DNA of 64,000 nt from Octopus sinensis (taxonomy: Eukaryota): contig NC_043022.1 of NCBI RefSeq assembly GCF_006345805.1, positions 4,898,001-4,962,000 of the forward strand, read 5' to 3'. The first letter of the stretch is position 1, and each line of letters starts with the position of its first letter. Made by a program: the position numbers and the translations under genes. The notes under the pieces are model-generated. The model was not told where the DNA came from. It did no database searches and worked only from the letters and a program-made list of their open reading frames with translations. This document shows positions 23,607-36,949 of the stretch, one piece after another.

Positions 23607-24310
23607 GGCGCAGGAGTGGCTGTGTGGTAAGTAGCTTGCTAACCAACCACATGGTTCCGGGTTCAGTCCCACTGCGTGGCATCTTGGGCAAGTGTCTCTG
23701 CTATAGCCCTGGGCCGACCAATGCCTTGTGAGTGGATTTGGTAGACGGAAACTGAAAGAAGCCTGTCGTATATATATATATATATATATATATGTAGGTG
23801 TGTGTGTATATGTTTGTGTGTCTGTGTTTGACCCCCTAGCATTGCTTGACAACCGATGCTGGTGTGTTTACGTCCCCGTAACTTAGCGGTTCGGCAAAAA
23901 GAGACCGATAGAATAAGTACTGGGCTTACAAAGAATAAGTCCCGGGGTCGATTTGCTCGACTAAAGGCGGTGCTCCAGCATGGCCGCAGTCAAATGACTG
24001 AAACAGTAAAAGAGTAAAGAGTATATATATTCTGTTTCATTATCTATCTATCTATATATATATATATATTATATATATATGTAGGTGTGTGTGTATATGT
24101 TTGTGTGTCTGTGTTTGACCCCCTAGCATTGCTTGACAACCGATGCTGGTGTGTTTACGTCCCCGTAACTTAGCGGTTCGGCAAAAAGAGACCGATAGAA
24201 TAAGTACTGGGCTTACAAAGAATAAGTCCCGGGGTCGATTTGCTCGACTAAAGGCGGTGCTCCAGCATGGCCGCAGTCAAATGACTGAAACAAGTAAAAG
24301 AGTAAAGAGT
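23607..24310 (+). mobile_element. SINE AB (23607-24021) followed by a tandem duplicate of its 3' half (~24060-24310)
   Basis: Near-identical ~290-bp repeat including the flank TATATATTCTGTTTCATT. Confidence 0.9.
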
Positions 24311-24347
24311 ATATATATTCTGTTTCATTTATCTATCTATCTATCTA

Positions 24348-24382
<35 letters not shown>

Positions 24383-24849
24383 CTGTTTTATTTATATCTT
24401 CTGCTCTATGATATTTCTGTTTATTTGTTGTATTGTTTTGTATATATCATCTCTCTTTTATCTAGATCTTTCATTTCTGTTTTGTTGTATTCATATTATT
24501 TCTGTTTTATTAACATCTTTTATTTCATCTCTATTTCCTTTCTGTTTCATCTATATCTCTAATTTCTGCTTTATTTTATTTGTTTTATTTTATATCTGTC
24601 ATTTCTGTTTTCACTTATACCTGTTTTATTTCACTTCCATTTATCTATTTTATTTCTCATTTCTATTTTTTGTACCTCTTTTATTTCTGTTTAATTATAC
24701 CTATTTTTTTCTCTGTTTCATTTCACTTTCATTTCTCTATTTTCGTTTTATCCTTATTTCCATTTTATTTGTTTTATTTTTATTACTATTTCTGTTTTTC
24801 TTGTATTTTGTTTCTATTTTCTTTTTTGTTACATTTTGTTATCTCTTTT

Positions 24850-25260
24850 TTACTCTTTTACATGTTTCAGTCCTTTGACTGTGGCCATGCTGGAGCACCG
24901 CCTTTAGTCGAGCAAATCGACCTCAGGACTTATTCTTTGTAAGCCCAGTACTTATTCTATCGGTCTCTTTTGCTGAACCGCTAAGTGACAGGGACGTAAA
25001 CACACCAGCATCGGTTGTCAAGTAATGGTAGGGGGACAAACACAGACGCAAACACACACACACACACACACATACATATATATAAATACATATATACGAC
25101 GGGCTTCTTTTCAGTTTCCGTCTACCAAATCCACTCACAAGGCATTGATCAGCCCGGGGCTATAGCAGAAGACACTTGCCCAAGATGCCACGCAGTGGGA
25201 CTGAACCCGGAACCATGTGGTTGGTTAGCAAGCTACTTACCACACAGCCACTCCTGCGCC
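24850..25260 (-). mobile_element. SINE AB
   Basis: Full reverse-complement copy. Confidence 0.92.
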
Positions 25261-25496
25261 TGTTTATCTTATTTTTATTTATCAATTTCTATTTAATTTT
25301 CCATTTCATTTCTGTTCCATTTTCATTTTTTCTACATTTCTGACACATTTGCCATTTTTGTGTCTTATTTTTCATTGTTTTTATTCAATCAATTTATTTC
25401 TGTCTTAGTTTCAGTATTATTCCTGTTTTTATTTCTATATTTATTTCCCAGAAACAACAGCAGAGGTGCTGATGGCCCCTGACCTGGTTACCTTAA

Positions 25497-25716
25497 CCCT
25501 TTCGTTACTGTATTTATTTTGAGATGCTCTGTGTTTTTTTCAATTACTTTAAATATAACAAAGAATTTAGTAAAATAACTTAGTTATCATTCAGCTAGTG
25601 TTAGGAACATAAATTGTGATTAAGGTTTGGTGGAAGATTTTAATTCAAAACTTGTGAAAACAAAACATTTGTACTCAAAGCCAGAGCCGGTTTCAGCCGG
25701 GTTGGTAACGAAAGGG
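25497..25716. mobile_element. piggyBac-like MITE (220 bp)
   Basis: TTAA|CCCTTTCGTTAC...GTAACGAAAGGG|TTAA: perfect 12-bp TIR and TTAA on both sides. Confidence 0.85.
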
Positions 25717-25829
25717 TTAAAGACTTGGTACCATTCTGAACCACAAAAACCATTCCTTATCTACTGAAGCCAGTCATGGCACTCACCAACAACACGAACC
25801 TCAGTGTTTGGGACCTTTCCATATCAACC

Positions 25830-26290
25830 CATTTGGCTGCTTTGAAGAAGGACACTGGTTTATTATGCCTCATGGTTGTGGGGAATGACACCTGAAAACT
25901 TATGGTAAAGGTCGTTTGTAAGTCTGTGATGTGTCGAATGGGCAAGGAGCTGAATCCTTTCCAACTTAGGGGCCATTGTTAAGGACAGATATGAAGGGGC
26001 AAGTTGCTCTCATTGCTGGGCATCTCATTGAAGAGTGTACATTTTAGCCTGAATCGGTCAATGACCAAAATTTCATTTTGAAGATTGATGTGAGGAATGT
26101 CTTTGACCGGACGTGCTGAGGTCACATGCTGGAAGTCCGACTGAGTTGACTTCTGTCTGTTAGCTCATTTGTCGGTTGATGGAATCGCAATTTCCCCCTT
26201 CTAATATGGAAGTTCAGTAATTTAGGGTATAACCTAAAGTGCAACTTTTTCCAGGGGTAACCTAGTGAAATCGGTATCAGACCCTGACTG
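25830..26290 (+). pseudogene. Heavily decayed CRE-like non-LTR reverse transcriptase fragment
   Basis: Manual translation ALKKDTG...VVGN...LNPFQL...FILKIDVRNVF resembles the CRE RT pattern KKDGG.RPIAVG..L.P.QLG..LK.DF.NAF. Many stops. Confidence 0.5.
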
Positions 26291-26449
26291 GAGAATGGTA
26301 AATTGACAAAGAACCAGCTGCTTTCATCTATCGTAGTGGAAGCATCCAGTGTCCTTTGCTCCTAAACTGAACTATAACCCAGGGCCATCTCAGCAGCATT
26401 GTAGGCTTCCCTTGGTAAATCAATGCCATGGGCCCTATAGTAACTATTC

Positions 26450-26715
26450 TTTTACAGCAAACCACTACATACAGAGATCAGAATTAGGCCCCTAGACCTG
26501 TGAGGTCCCTGAGCATATCAAACACTGGATCCTACAGTATTTAATTATTGACAGCAAACCACAACATACAGAGATCATAATCGGGCCCCTAAACTCAAGA
26601 GGTCCCTGGACAAATCAGTGCTCTGGACCCTATGGTATTTATTTATTGAAAGTGAACCACAACATGCATAAATCAGAATTGGGTCCTTGGACCCATGAGG
26701 TCCCTGGGTAACTGC
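26450..26715. repeat. ~98-bp tandem repeat, ~2.7 diverged copies
   Basis: AAACCAC.ACATACAGAGATCA.AAT..GGCCCCT...GAGGTCCCTG recurs three times. Confidence 0.8.
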
Positions 26716-27939
26716 TCAGTGTGGCCACGCCTCAAGACAGTGCTGCTGTATCCCTTACTCAGTTTGGATCTTTGTTAGTGAAGGGATCAGGTGTCTTCTA
26801 CACCCAAACCATTTCTGCGTTCAGTTTGATCAAGATAGATATTGCCATCAACAGGAATGAGTCTTGAAAGCTAGAATTTCTCTCTCGGAACATCTTTCAC
26901 ACCATTCTTCAATACAAGACATTCACCATTTTGTCTGCTATGACAACTTCAAGACATTTATAGAACTCAATGCCATGGCTTTCTTAATAAACTTTAATGG
27001 TTGGAATCAGAAACGAAGAATTCCAGTTTTATTTCTGGTTTTTCTTTTTTCAAATTCCCCATTTTTATTTTTTGTTTTTATTCTTGCTTTCATTTCTGCT
27101 TCTATTCCTGTTTTCACCTTTGCTTCTCTTTCTCTTTTTATTCCAACCCCCACCCCGCCCCGTTTTCATGCTTTTATTTCTATTTTCATTTTTGGGGGTT
27201 TTTTCTGTTGTGTTTTTGCTTTATTACTGTTTTTAATTGTTTTTGACTTTTTCTTTTCCATTTTTTTTTTATCAATTTGTCTATAATTGTTTCAGTTCAG
27301 AAAACAACAATAGCAAAAACAACGACAACAACAACAACAGCAAAAATGGCAGCAGCAGCAACAACAACAACAGCAACAATAATAGCTGTAATAATCACAA
27401 AAACAACAACAACAACATTAGCATTCACAGAAAAGAAACCAATCTAAAACTGAAATTAAAAAAAACAAAACAAATCTTCATTAAAAATAATTAAATTAAA
27501 GAAAGAAAACATAAATTATGATATCTAATTAATAAATAGATAATTAGCAAATAATTAGTCTGTTTTTATTCTCACATTAAATTCTGTTAGAGGCTATTTT
27601 GTCATTGAAACATTCTGATGTCTGGGATTGAACCTGGCGTGGTTGAATCTTAAATCAAAGCTGCTCCATATGTGACCATTCCATCTGTTTGTATGCAAAT
27701 TGTACCATATTATATCCTGCTTTCTTTAAACCTTTTCCGACCATATATATGTTGAAATGCATTGCGTTTGTTTTAATTAACAAAGAAATTAGTAAAATAA
27801 TTATGTCATTATTTATTTGGTGTTTGAGGCATAAATTAACATGAAATTTTGATCGAATTAAGATCAGTTTAATGTTTTTGTTATGATATTTATGACAAAA
27901 TGTACTGCATGTGCCTTAATTAACTTTGAAACTAATTAT

Positions 27940-28171
27940 AGCTTGCTTCCCAACCACATGGTTCTGGGTTCAGTCCCACTGCTTGGCACCTTGGGCAAGT
28001 GTCTTCTACTATAACCTCGGGTGCACCAGAGCATTGTAAGTGGATTTGGTAGACGGAAACTGAAAGAAGCCTGTCGTAAATGGAATGAATATATCTATAT
28101 ATATATATAAATACAATAAGAGGCTTCCAAATAGGAAAGCGTTGTGCTAGAACACAAAAAAATTTTATTAT

Positions 28172-28220
<49 letters not shown>

Positions 28221-28647
28221 TACAATGGGTTTCTTTTCAGTTTCCGTCTACCAAATCCACTCACAAGGATTTGGTCAGCCTGAGGCTATAGTAGAAGACA
28301 CTTGCCCAAGGTGTCATGCAGTTGGTCTGCATCCAGAACCATGTGGTTGGAAAGCAAGCTTCTGCATATATATATATATACACAGAATAAAATACTAAAA
28401 GAATATACACACACATATATGCACATACATATATTCTTGTATTTGTTTCAGTAATTTGACTGCGGCCATGCTGGAGCACCACCTTTAGTCGAACACATCG
28501 ACCCCAAGATTTATTCTTTGTAAGCCTAGTACTTGTTCTATCAGTCTCTTTTGCCAAACTACAAAGTTATGATGTAAACACACCAACATTGGTTTTCAAG
28601 CGATGGTGAGGGAACAAACATAGACACAAAGACAGACACACATAAAT

Positions 28648-28681
<34 letters not shown>

Positions 28682-29505
28682 GCCAGATTTCTTTCAGTTT
28701 CTGGCTACCAAATACACTTACATGGCTTTGGTCAGCCCAAGGCTATAGTAGAAGACACTTGCCCAAGTGGAACTGAACCCAGAACCATATGGATGGGAAG
28801 CTGGCTTCTTACCAACACAGTCACGCTTGCGCCTATATATATATATATATATATACATACATACATACATACATACATACATAGGCACAGGAGTGGCTGT
28901 GTGGTAAGTAGCTTGCTTACGAACCACACGGTTCCGGGTTCAGTTTCACTGCGTGGCACCTTGGGCAAGTATCTTCTACTATAGCCTCAGGCTGACCAAA
29001 GCTTTGTGAGTGGATTTGGTAGATGGAAACTGAAAGAAGCCTGTCGTATATATGTATACATATGTATGTGCGTGTGTGTTTGTGTGTCTGTGTTTGTCCC
29101 CCTAGCATTGCTTGACAACTGATGCTGGTGTGTTTATGTCCCCGTCACTTAGCGGTTCGGCAAAAGAGACCGATAGAATAAGTACTGGGCTTACAATGAA
29201 TAAGTCCCGGGGTTGAGTTGCTCGATTAAAGGCGGTGCTCCAGCATGGCCGCAGTCAAATGACTGAAACAAGTAAAAGAGAAAAAAGAGTATGTATGTAT
29301 GTATGTGTATGTCTTTGTATCTATGTTTGTCCCCCACCACTGCTTGACATCTGGTGTTGGTGTGTTTACACTGCTGTAACCTAACAGTTCAACAATAGAG
29401 ACTGATAGAATATTTAGAAAAGACACATCTACAGGGTTCAATTTATTCAAGTAAAGCCTCTTCAATGTGGTGCCCCAGCATGGCCACAATGTAATGACTG
29501 AACAT
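27940..29505. mobile_element. Cluster of SINE AB copies: 27940-28077 (+), 28205-28365 (-), 28436-28832 (-), 28884-29288 (+), 29310-29505 (+)
   Basis: Family motifs in both orientations. Confidence 0.85.
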
Positions 29506-30097
29506 GACATATCGTATACCATATCAACCTAATACGAAATACAAAATATCCGAGACAGACTGATTATTTACAATTTCATATCAGCTTAAATTAAATTTAA
29601 TTAACGAACAGAAATCAAAACTAAAAGGTGACAGAACATTTCAAACCATAATTAACAACAGTAATTAGTAATGGAGAATATTTATAAATACTATTTTTGT
29701 TGTTGTTTGTTTTTGTCTTGTTATTTTTCTTCAAAGATATTTTGGTGAAAAAACATGATTTTTTTTTTCTGGTGTTGTGTTACATAACGATAGAAACCCC
29801 CAACATCTCTTATCTTTTAATTGTGTCAGACTGGCCATGCTGGAGCAATGCCTGGAAGAATTTTTAGTCAGGCAAATTGGCCCAAGTTCTTATTTTCATT
29901 TTAAGCCTGATACTTATTTGATCAGCCTCTGTTGCTGAACTGCTAAGTTATGGGGACATAAACACACTAACACTGGTTGTCAACACACACATTTATCATG
30001 GGATTTTTTCAGTTTCCCTCAAGGAAATCCACTCACAAGACTTTGGTCAGCCTGAGGCTAAAGTAGAAGACACCTGCCAAAGCTGCCATATATATAT

Positions 30098-30858
30098 TTA
30101 ACAAATACTGTTGTGAGTCTGTGGGTTTGTGGTAGATGTCTGTTATGATTTGGTTCTTAGGTGTTTTTATAATTAGGAGATCAAGGAATGGTAGATGATG
30201 TTTGCTTAATTCCATAGTGAATTGGATGTTGGGATGTATGTTGTTTAGTATGGTTTTGAATTCCAGGAGTTTTTCATAAGGTTCTTTCCATATGATGAAA
30301 CAATCATCCAAATACCTTTTCCAGTTTTCCTTTAGGTAGGTGTGGAAAACATGTCCAAATTTCTGGCGTGATATTTCATAGAGTGATAGTTCGAAGAAAC
30401 CCATTATGAGGTTCGCAAGGACTGGTGCATGCCCTTGGTACCCATCGCAATACCACATTTTTGATGACGTAGTGTGTGTCGTCGAAGAGAAAAAATTGTT
30501 GGTCAGAATGAACTTGAGAGATTCTGTAATAAAAGTCTTGTTAATGCGGTCAGGGAATGTCTCTGGGTGTTTTTCTAGCCAGAAGTCAATTGCCTCTATA
30601 CCATATTCATGTGGGATGTTGGTGTAGAGGTTGATGACATCAAAAGATACCAGGAGCGCCTCCTCGTTAACTGTTTTCGGGAGGTGTTTGAGCATGTCCA
30701 GATCATCCCTAATGAAACTTTTGATGTGGGTAAGGAAAGGTTTCAAAAGGATGTCTAGGAAATTACTCAGGCGCTGTGTTTCACAGGAGGTGCCAGCCAC
30801 GATGGGCCTTAGTTTTAGGTCCTCCGGTGCTTTGATGTTGATGTGGATGTCAGTGGAC
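30098..30858 (-). pseudogene. Penelope-like element reverse transcriptase, inverted 5' segment
   Basis: ORF 30033-30860: LRPIVAG, SFDVINLYTNIP, APVLANLIMG, RYLDDCF, IQFTME, LPFLD, DIYHKPTDSQQYL. Confidence 0.93.
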
Positions 30859-30859
30859 A

Positions 30860-31674
30860 AATATCCCTTTCAATTTGGCTAAAAGGGTATGCACCATTGT
30901 CTCGGATCCAAAAACACGAGAAATACGCCTTCAAGACCTCAAAAAAACACTATACAATGCCAATATCCCTCCACCTTATAGAGTATGGAATAAAACGCGC
31001 CAAAGAATAGATAACATTACACCGAAAACTACCCAACCTACACACCACACAACCTCAAAATACTTCCATACATTTCCACCCACAACCCCAAAAATATCGA
31101 AGCATACACCACAATCATACAAAACCTCAGTCTACTGTCAACAGACCCAAAAATGAAAAACATTATAAATACACACAAAATCCTCAAATGTAAAAGGCAA
31201 CACAAATCTTTAAAAAACTCTTGACAATGCCAAACTTCACACACCACATCCCCCCCAGCAGTAAAAAAATGTGCACGCCCAAACTGTGGGACATGCCCCC
31301 TCCTACTTGAAGGTTCTGAATTTACCTTCAAACACGGTACGAAGTTTAAAATCAAGACTAACTTCTCCTGTTCCTCCGAGAACCTTATCTACGTTCTCAC
31401 ATGCGCTGGTTGCCAACATAATTATGTTGGACAAACGAGTCTCCCATTACGTAAACGAGTAGCAGTGCATAAAGAACAAATAAATCTCCCGGAATACCAA
31501 CAAATTCCACTGAGTGACCACATAGACTCATGCGCTAAAGACTTAAACCCCAAATTCTATATATTCCCCTTCTACCAATGTAAAGACGGCATCACCACAC
31601 AGGAGAGAAGTAACAAGGAGAATCTCTTTATTGAAAAATTCCAAACACAACTTAATATACAAACTCCTCGTTGA
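30860..31674 (+). pseudogene. Penelope-like element RT thumb, linker and GIY-YIG endonuclease (frameshifted)
   Basis: NIPFNLAKRVCTIVSD, CARPNCGTC, NLIYVLTCAGCQHNYVGQT...RKRVAVH, KENLFIEKF. Confidence 0.92.
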
Positions 31675-32304
31675 TCAAACTTCCCTTTTCTACCTCATTC
31701 TTCATGGATGGACTCACACAAATATATAAGGATACCATAGATTCATCACTTCAAGCAAAAACTTATATTCTTTAAATATCATTTTTACTATTGTTGTTAT
31801 TACCATCATCTTTATTATTTATGATATAACAATCTGAAATGCAATTGTCTATGCAATTTATATAATTAGAAAATAATATAAACAAAGTGTTAAAATCTGA
31901 AAGTTAAATTAACAAACAATTACATAAAAAAGATAATGCAATGAAGCTAAAATGACAATTTTATAATTTGGGGTTTTATCAGCAGCCTTTATTGAAGAAC
32001 TCAAAAGAGTTGTCTCCCCTTATTCACAACAGGAAGTGAAGAACCCAAATTACTACCACTTCCTGTTTTGCCAACATCCTAAATTAAACCAAACAACACA
32101 TGGCCTTAATCCCATTGGATCCTAATACCTCAAGGTAATTTTTTCGTGAACATTCATTAAACTCATGATACACAACGAACTCACAATGTATCGGAGTACT
32201 TATTTTTTAATTTTTATACATATTTATTATTATTCTTTTTCTTTTGCAAAAAACAATGCACTTTTTTTCCCCTTTCTCATTTTTAAAAAACCTTTTCACC
32301 TAAC

Positions 32305-32345
32305 TATTCTTGATAAGTCAAACTATGACGAAAACCGGTTGAATA
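32305..32345 (+). ncRNA. Degenerate hammerhead-like motif in the putative PLE 3' region
   Basis: TATTC-TTGATAA-GTCA-AACTA-TGAC-GAAA-ACCGGTT-GAATA. The core box differs from CTGATGA at two positions. Confidence 0.45.
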
Positions 32346-32430
32346 ATATATATTTATATATTTTTCATTTTCTCATTTCATTAAAATTTTCTTTCAATCG
32401 AGCATTCTGCATTTTTACAATTTTTCCTTG

Positions 32431-32475
<45 letters not shown>

Positions 32476-32926
32476 CAATGTTCTTTTAGTTTCTGTCTGC
32501 CAAATCCACTCACAAGGCTTTGGTTGGCCTAAAGCTATAATAGAAGACACCTGCCCAAGGTTCCACACAGTGGGACTGAACCCAGAACCATGTGGTTGGG
32601 AAGTAAGCTTCTTACCACACAACCACGCCTGCTGCTATGTGTATGTATAAAGTGAAAAATGTAACCCTGAGTCATGTAGGCTCATAAGGGCTGGTTTGCT
32701 GGTTTCCATGGCATATGAATTCCCTCCCCGCCACTGGATGGGATGCCAGTCCCTCACAGGATAACTCCTTCTTGCCAGCTGAGTGGACTGGGGCAACATG
32801 AAATGATTGCAACAAATTAAAGAGTAAAGCTAAAAAAATCTTCCAACAGTTTAGGGTGTGTATGTGTGAGGGAGAAAGAGATAGAAAGAAAGGTAGAAAG
32901 ATGAGGTTTATAATGTGTGTATGTAC

Positions 32927-32963
<37 letters not shown>

Positions 32964-33022
32964 TGTGTATAGAGAACGCCATGTTAGATTGTTAGCTCCT
33001 ACACGCATTTTTTTTCTGTGTA

Positions 33023-33060
33023 TCTTTCTGTAGAAGAGCATAGGCTCGAAACGTAAAAGA
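33023..33060 (+). ncRNA. Minimal hammerhead-like motif in a short PLE-like fragment (32975-33155)
   Basis: TCTTT-CTGTAGA-A-GAGC-ATAG-GCTC-GAAA-CG-TA-AAAGA, with an A6>U deviation. Confidence 0.55.
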
Positions 33061-34019
33061 CTTTTTCTATTCCTGAGCGCCATACTAATACATTTGTTTG
33101 TTTGGACTCCACCTGCCTTTGTCTTTTGTTTATTTTCGTAAACCTTCCCGTTATGTATATATGGGCATGGCTGTGTGGTTAGGGAGCTTGCTTCCTAGTT
33201 ACATGGTTTCGGGTTCAGTCCCACTGCGTGGCACTTTGAGTAGGTGTCTTCCACTATAGCCTCGAGCCGACTGGAGCTTTGTGATTGAATTCGGTAGGTG
33301 GAAGTTACTGCCGTGTGTGTATGTGTGCGTATAGCTACTCAGTGCCTCTCCGAAAGAGAGAGAGAGGGATATATATATATGTACATAAATACATATATAT
33401 ATATATATATCTGTATGTATATGTGTATATATATATATATGTTCATACATGTGTGCATGTATATGTGGATATGTATATGTGGGTCTGCATATGTTCATAC
33501 GTATATATGTACATGTGTGTATAAATGTGCATACATGTCTGTATACGTGTGTGTGTGTCTGTGGTTATGTACATATGTGTGTGTGTCTATATATATATAT
33601 GTATATGTGTGTGTGTGTGTTTATATGTGCATATGTATATGCGAGAGTGACAGAAAGAGAGAACAGTTACCCATTATGACACCGTTTCAGTGTGTATAAG
33701 TGTGTTTGTGAGAGAGGTGGGATGGGGGGAGGCGTGTTTTTTTTACCCATGATGCTCCAGTTTTAAGTTAAAAATCTGCTGCTTCAGAATGAATTAACAT
33801 GGACCGTTTGTGACAGAAGAATTTGCAGTGATATGGTTTCTTGGAGAATCTCTCAGTCATTAGGAATGATATGTAAATATGAAGAAGGAGATGGCATCTC
33901 ACAGTCTTCAACAAAGATCTTGCCTTCTCCATGCATGTGTGTGTGTGTGTGTGTGTGCGTATGGGTATATATATGTTTCTATGTATCCATCAATTGATCT
34001 CTCTCTCCTTATATATATA

Positions 34020-34544
34020 TATCTTTCTAGCCGATCTATTTGTCTGTCTATCTGTCCATCAAGCTATCTACTTATCTACCAACCACTATCTTTTTATCTA
34101 TCTGTTTAGCTATCCTTTCTTTTTCTCACATACATGTCTCTCTCTCTCTATCTATTTGTCTATCTATCTATATCTATGTCTATTTATCTATCTATATCTA
34201 TCTGTCTTTCTATCTATCTATATATATCTGTCTATTTATCTATCTATATCTATCTGTCTTTCTATCTATCTATATATATCTATCTGTCTTTCTATCTATA
34301 TCTATCTATATCTATTTATCTATCTATCTGTCTATTTATCTGTCTATCTATCTATCTGTCTTTCTATCTTATCTATCTATATCTATCTGTCTTTCTATTT
34401 ATCTATCTATCTGTCTATTTATCTGTCTATCTATCTATCTGTCTATTTATCTGTCTATCTATCTATCTGTCTATTTATCTATCTATCTATCTATATCTAT
34501 CTGTCTATTATCTATCTATCCATCTATCTATCTATCTATATCTG
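34020..34544. repeat. Compound (TCTA)n microsatellite, left part
   Basis: Direct. Confidence 0.97.
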
Positions 34545-34764
34545 ACTGACGGATGTGATGTCGTTTCGGCTCCGAAGGTAATCATTTATTTTGACTATTT
34601 AAAAGTGTATATTGACAAACATTTTTTGCCTAAAAGTTGTACAACAACATCCACTGTAAACCTTTGATAAATATCGACACAAAATTTTGCCCCTTGTGGG
34701 CAAATTTAAAAGAAAAAATTCTCATAGCCTTCGTGGTTTCATTTAGCCATTTATTATTTCCAAA

Positions 34765-36907
34765 ATGGCCACTGGCCACCACGAGGCTAGTTTGCAAGTG
34801 AAGCGTGACGCAGAAACAGAAAAACAGGATGCCCTGTTAGCATACGCCGAACCTGACAACTCCACCACCACAACAGCAACAAATACAAAACAAAGGTCGC
34901 AAGGCCAAGCACCGTCAACACCATCAGTGAGTCCACCACCACCACCACACCATGGCAGAATCTGCTACTAAAACTGCTATCCCTACTAAAGATATCGCCA
35001 CCAATAACATCACCATCACCGTCACCAAAGACCGTGCTGTCAATGCTACTAATACTACCAACACCACCGCCGTCACCAAGAACGACAATAACAACAACAA
35101 CAACGACGACGACAACAACAATTCCCTTCAACAACCACTGCTCACTCCATCACCAACAAGTGAAAAAATAACGACGACAAGCAAACGAAATGTCGAATTT
35201 TGCCCTAGTGCAGGACTAAAGTACGCAGGCAATTTTCCACCCCTTCCTACTTGCACGATCGAACCTAACACACACAATTTTACAAACTGCAGCCAACAAC
35301 AACATCACCACAAGCAACAACAAAAACAAAACAACAACAACAATTTCGCTGAGGCGATTAAGAGAAAAAAAACAACAATATACTTTACGGCTCAACAATT
35401 ACAGGACACGAACATCAAAATAACAGAATCAGAAGGTATCGTAAAAATTAACATACCAGAAGATATTTTGGAAAATGAAAAAAGACGAACAATCATTTAT
35501 AAAATAGTTAACAAAAAAACAAAAATCCCAGAGAAGGCCAACACAGGCAAAATAGAGAAGTGCTTGAAACCCATCTGGGATCACAAAGAATATGTAACCT
35601 GTGGAACAAATTTGCCCACATACAAGTCGTTTTCTACACCGAAGAGTTAGCTAGACATTTCTCAACGCTAACTCTTCACTCAGATGAACTCCAACTTACA
35701 CCAAGCTATCGGGGACAGAAAGTGACTAAGATCACTCTAAACAATGTCCCCAAAATAGCCAATAGTCTATGGCTTGTAAAGGCTTTATGCGTAAAAATGG
35801 CGAATTATACTATTTTGGAAACCACAGTCACAGAGCATAAAAACGGGTGGGAAAGAAAATAGAATTTCTTCTACATATACATCATGAAGATATAAAAAAA
35901 TACCCACCCAGATATGTGTATCAGACGACCACAAGTTATATGTGGTCGTCGATGGCAGAAGACCACGTTGTTACATATGCGGCAGTGAGCAACATCTCAA
36001 AAAAGACTGCAAATCTGCCGCAAGAAAACAACAGCAACAACAACAGCAGCCGAACAACAAAACAAATAAACAAGGTTTACTACCCACACCACCTTTTGCA
36101 GGAACAAACCTCACCAAAAACAACAACCACACCAACTGCAGCACCAAGAACAGAAGCAGCATCACCAACACACAACCAAGAATATACCAACTCCCAAACC
36201 AAGGACATCTGCCAAAAAGACACCCAGCATAAATGAAGAACAATTACAACTCCAAATCCCCACAAAATTGAGACCCTAAACAACACAACAATACCCACAA
36301 TCACTCAAACACAAAATACCCAACCCCACATCCAAAACCGCATACACCACAACCAAACGCTCACCAACCAACACCAACAACAAAACCAACACAGTCGACA
36401 ATAGACCCCAATACTTTCCTCTTCCAGACTCCGATTCGTCTGATCTGTCATTAGACGAAGAAGACACGGAAGATTGGCAAATAGCCACAGGGGGAGAAGA
36501 AAAAGGGGAAAAAAAAGAAAAGAAAAATAACAAAAAAAGCGGGAAGATACACCACTCCCGAAACAAAACATCCACAGAAAACACACACATCAACACAAAC
36601 ACACAACATCATCAAACCCCCCAAAAATGTTGACAGCCATAAACAAAACAACCACGACCTAATGGAACACATTAGGTCAAACACTAACATTACTGAAAAC
36701 GACATAAAAACAAGTAACCACCCACACACAACACCACCACAACACATTAAAATAATACAACGTGACACAGAACACATACAGCACCCTGAAATCTCTTTAC
36801 CCTGATGCAGTAGGGAGATTTCAAAAGTACTCATCAAAAAAACTGTACAAAGCCTCATAGAAGAAGACCGTGAGGTGAAAGACAAAGAACTTTCGAAAGA
36901 CAAGTAA
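34765..36907 (+). pseudogene. LINE ORF1 (gag-like, CCHC zinc knuckle, Q/N/T-rich), frameshifted
   Basis: Overlapping ORF pieces 34765-36236 with CYICGSEQHLKKDC; stop near 36907. Confidence 0.75.
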
Positions 36908-36949
36908 CCTTTTCTCTCTCCTTTTCCTTTTTTGCACTTTTATCGGAAC

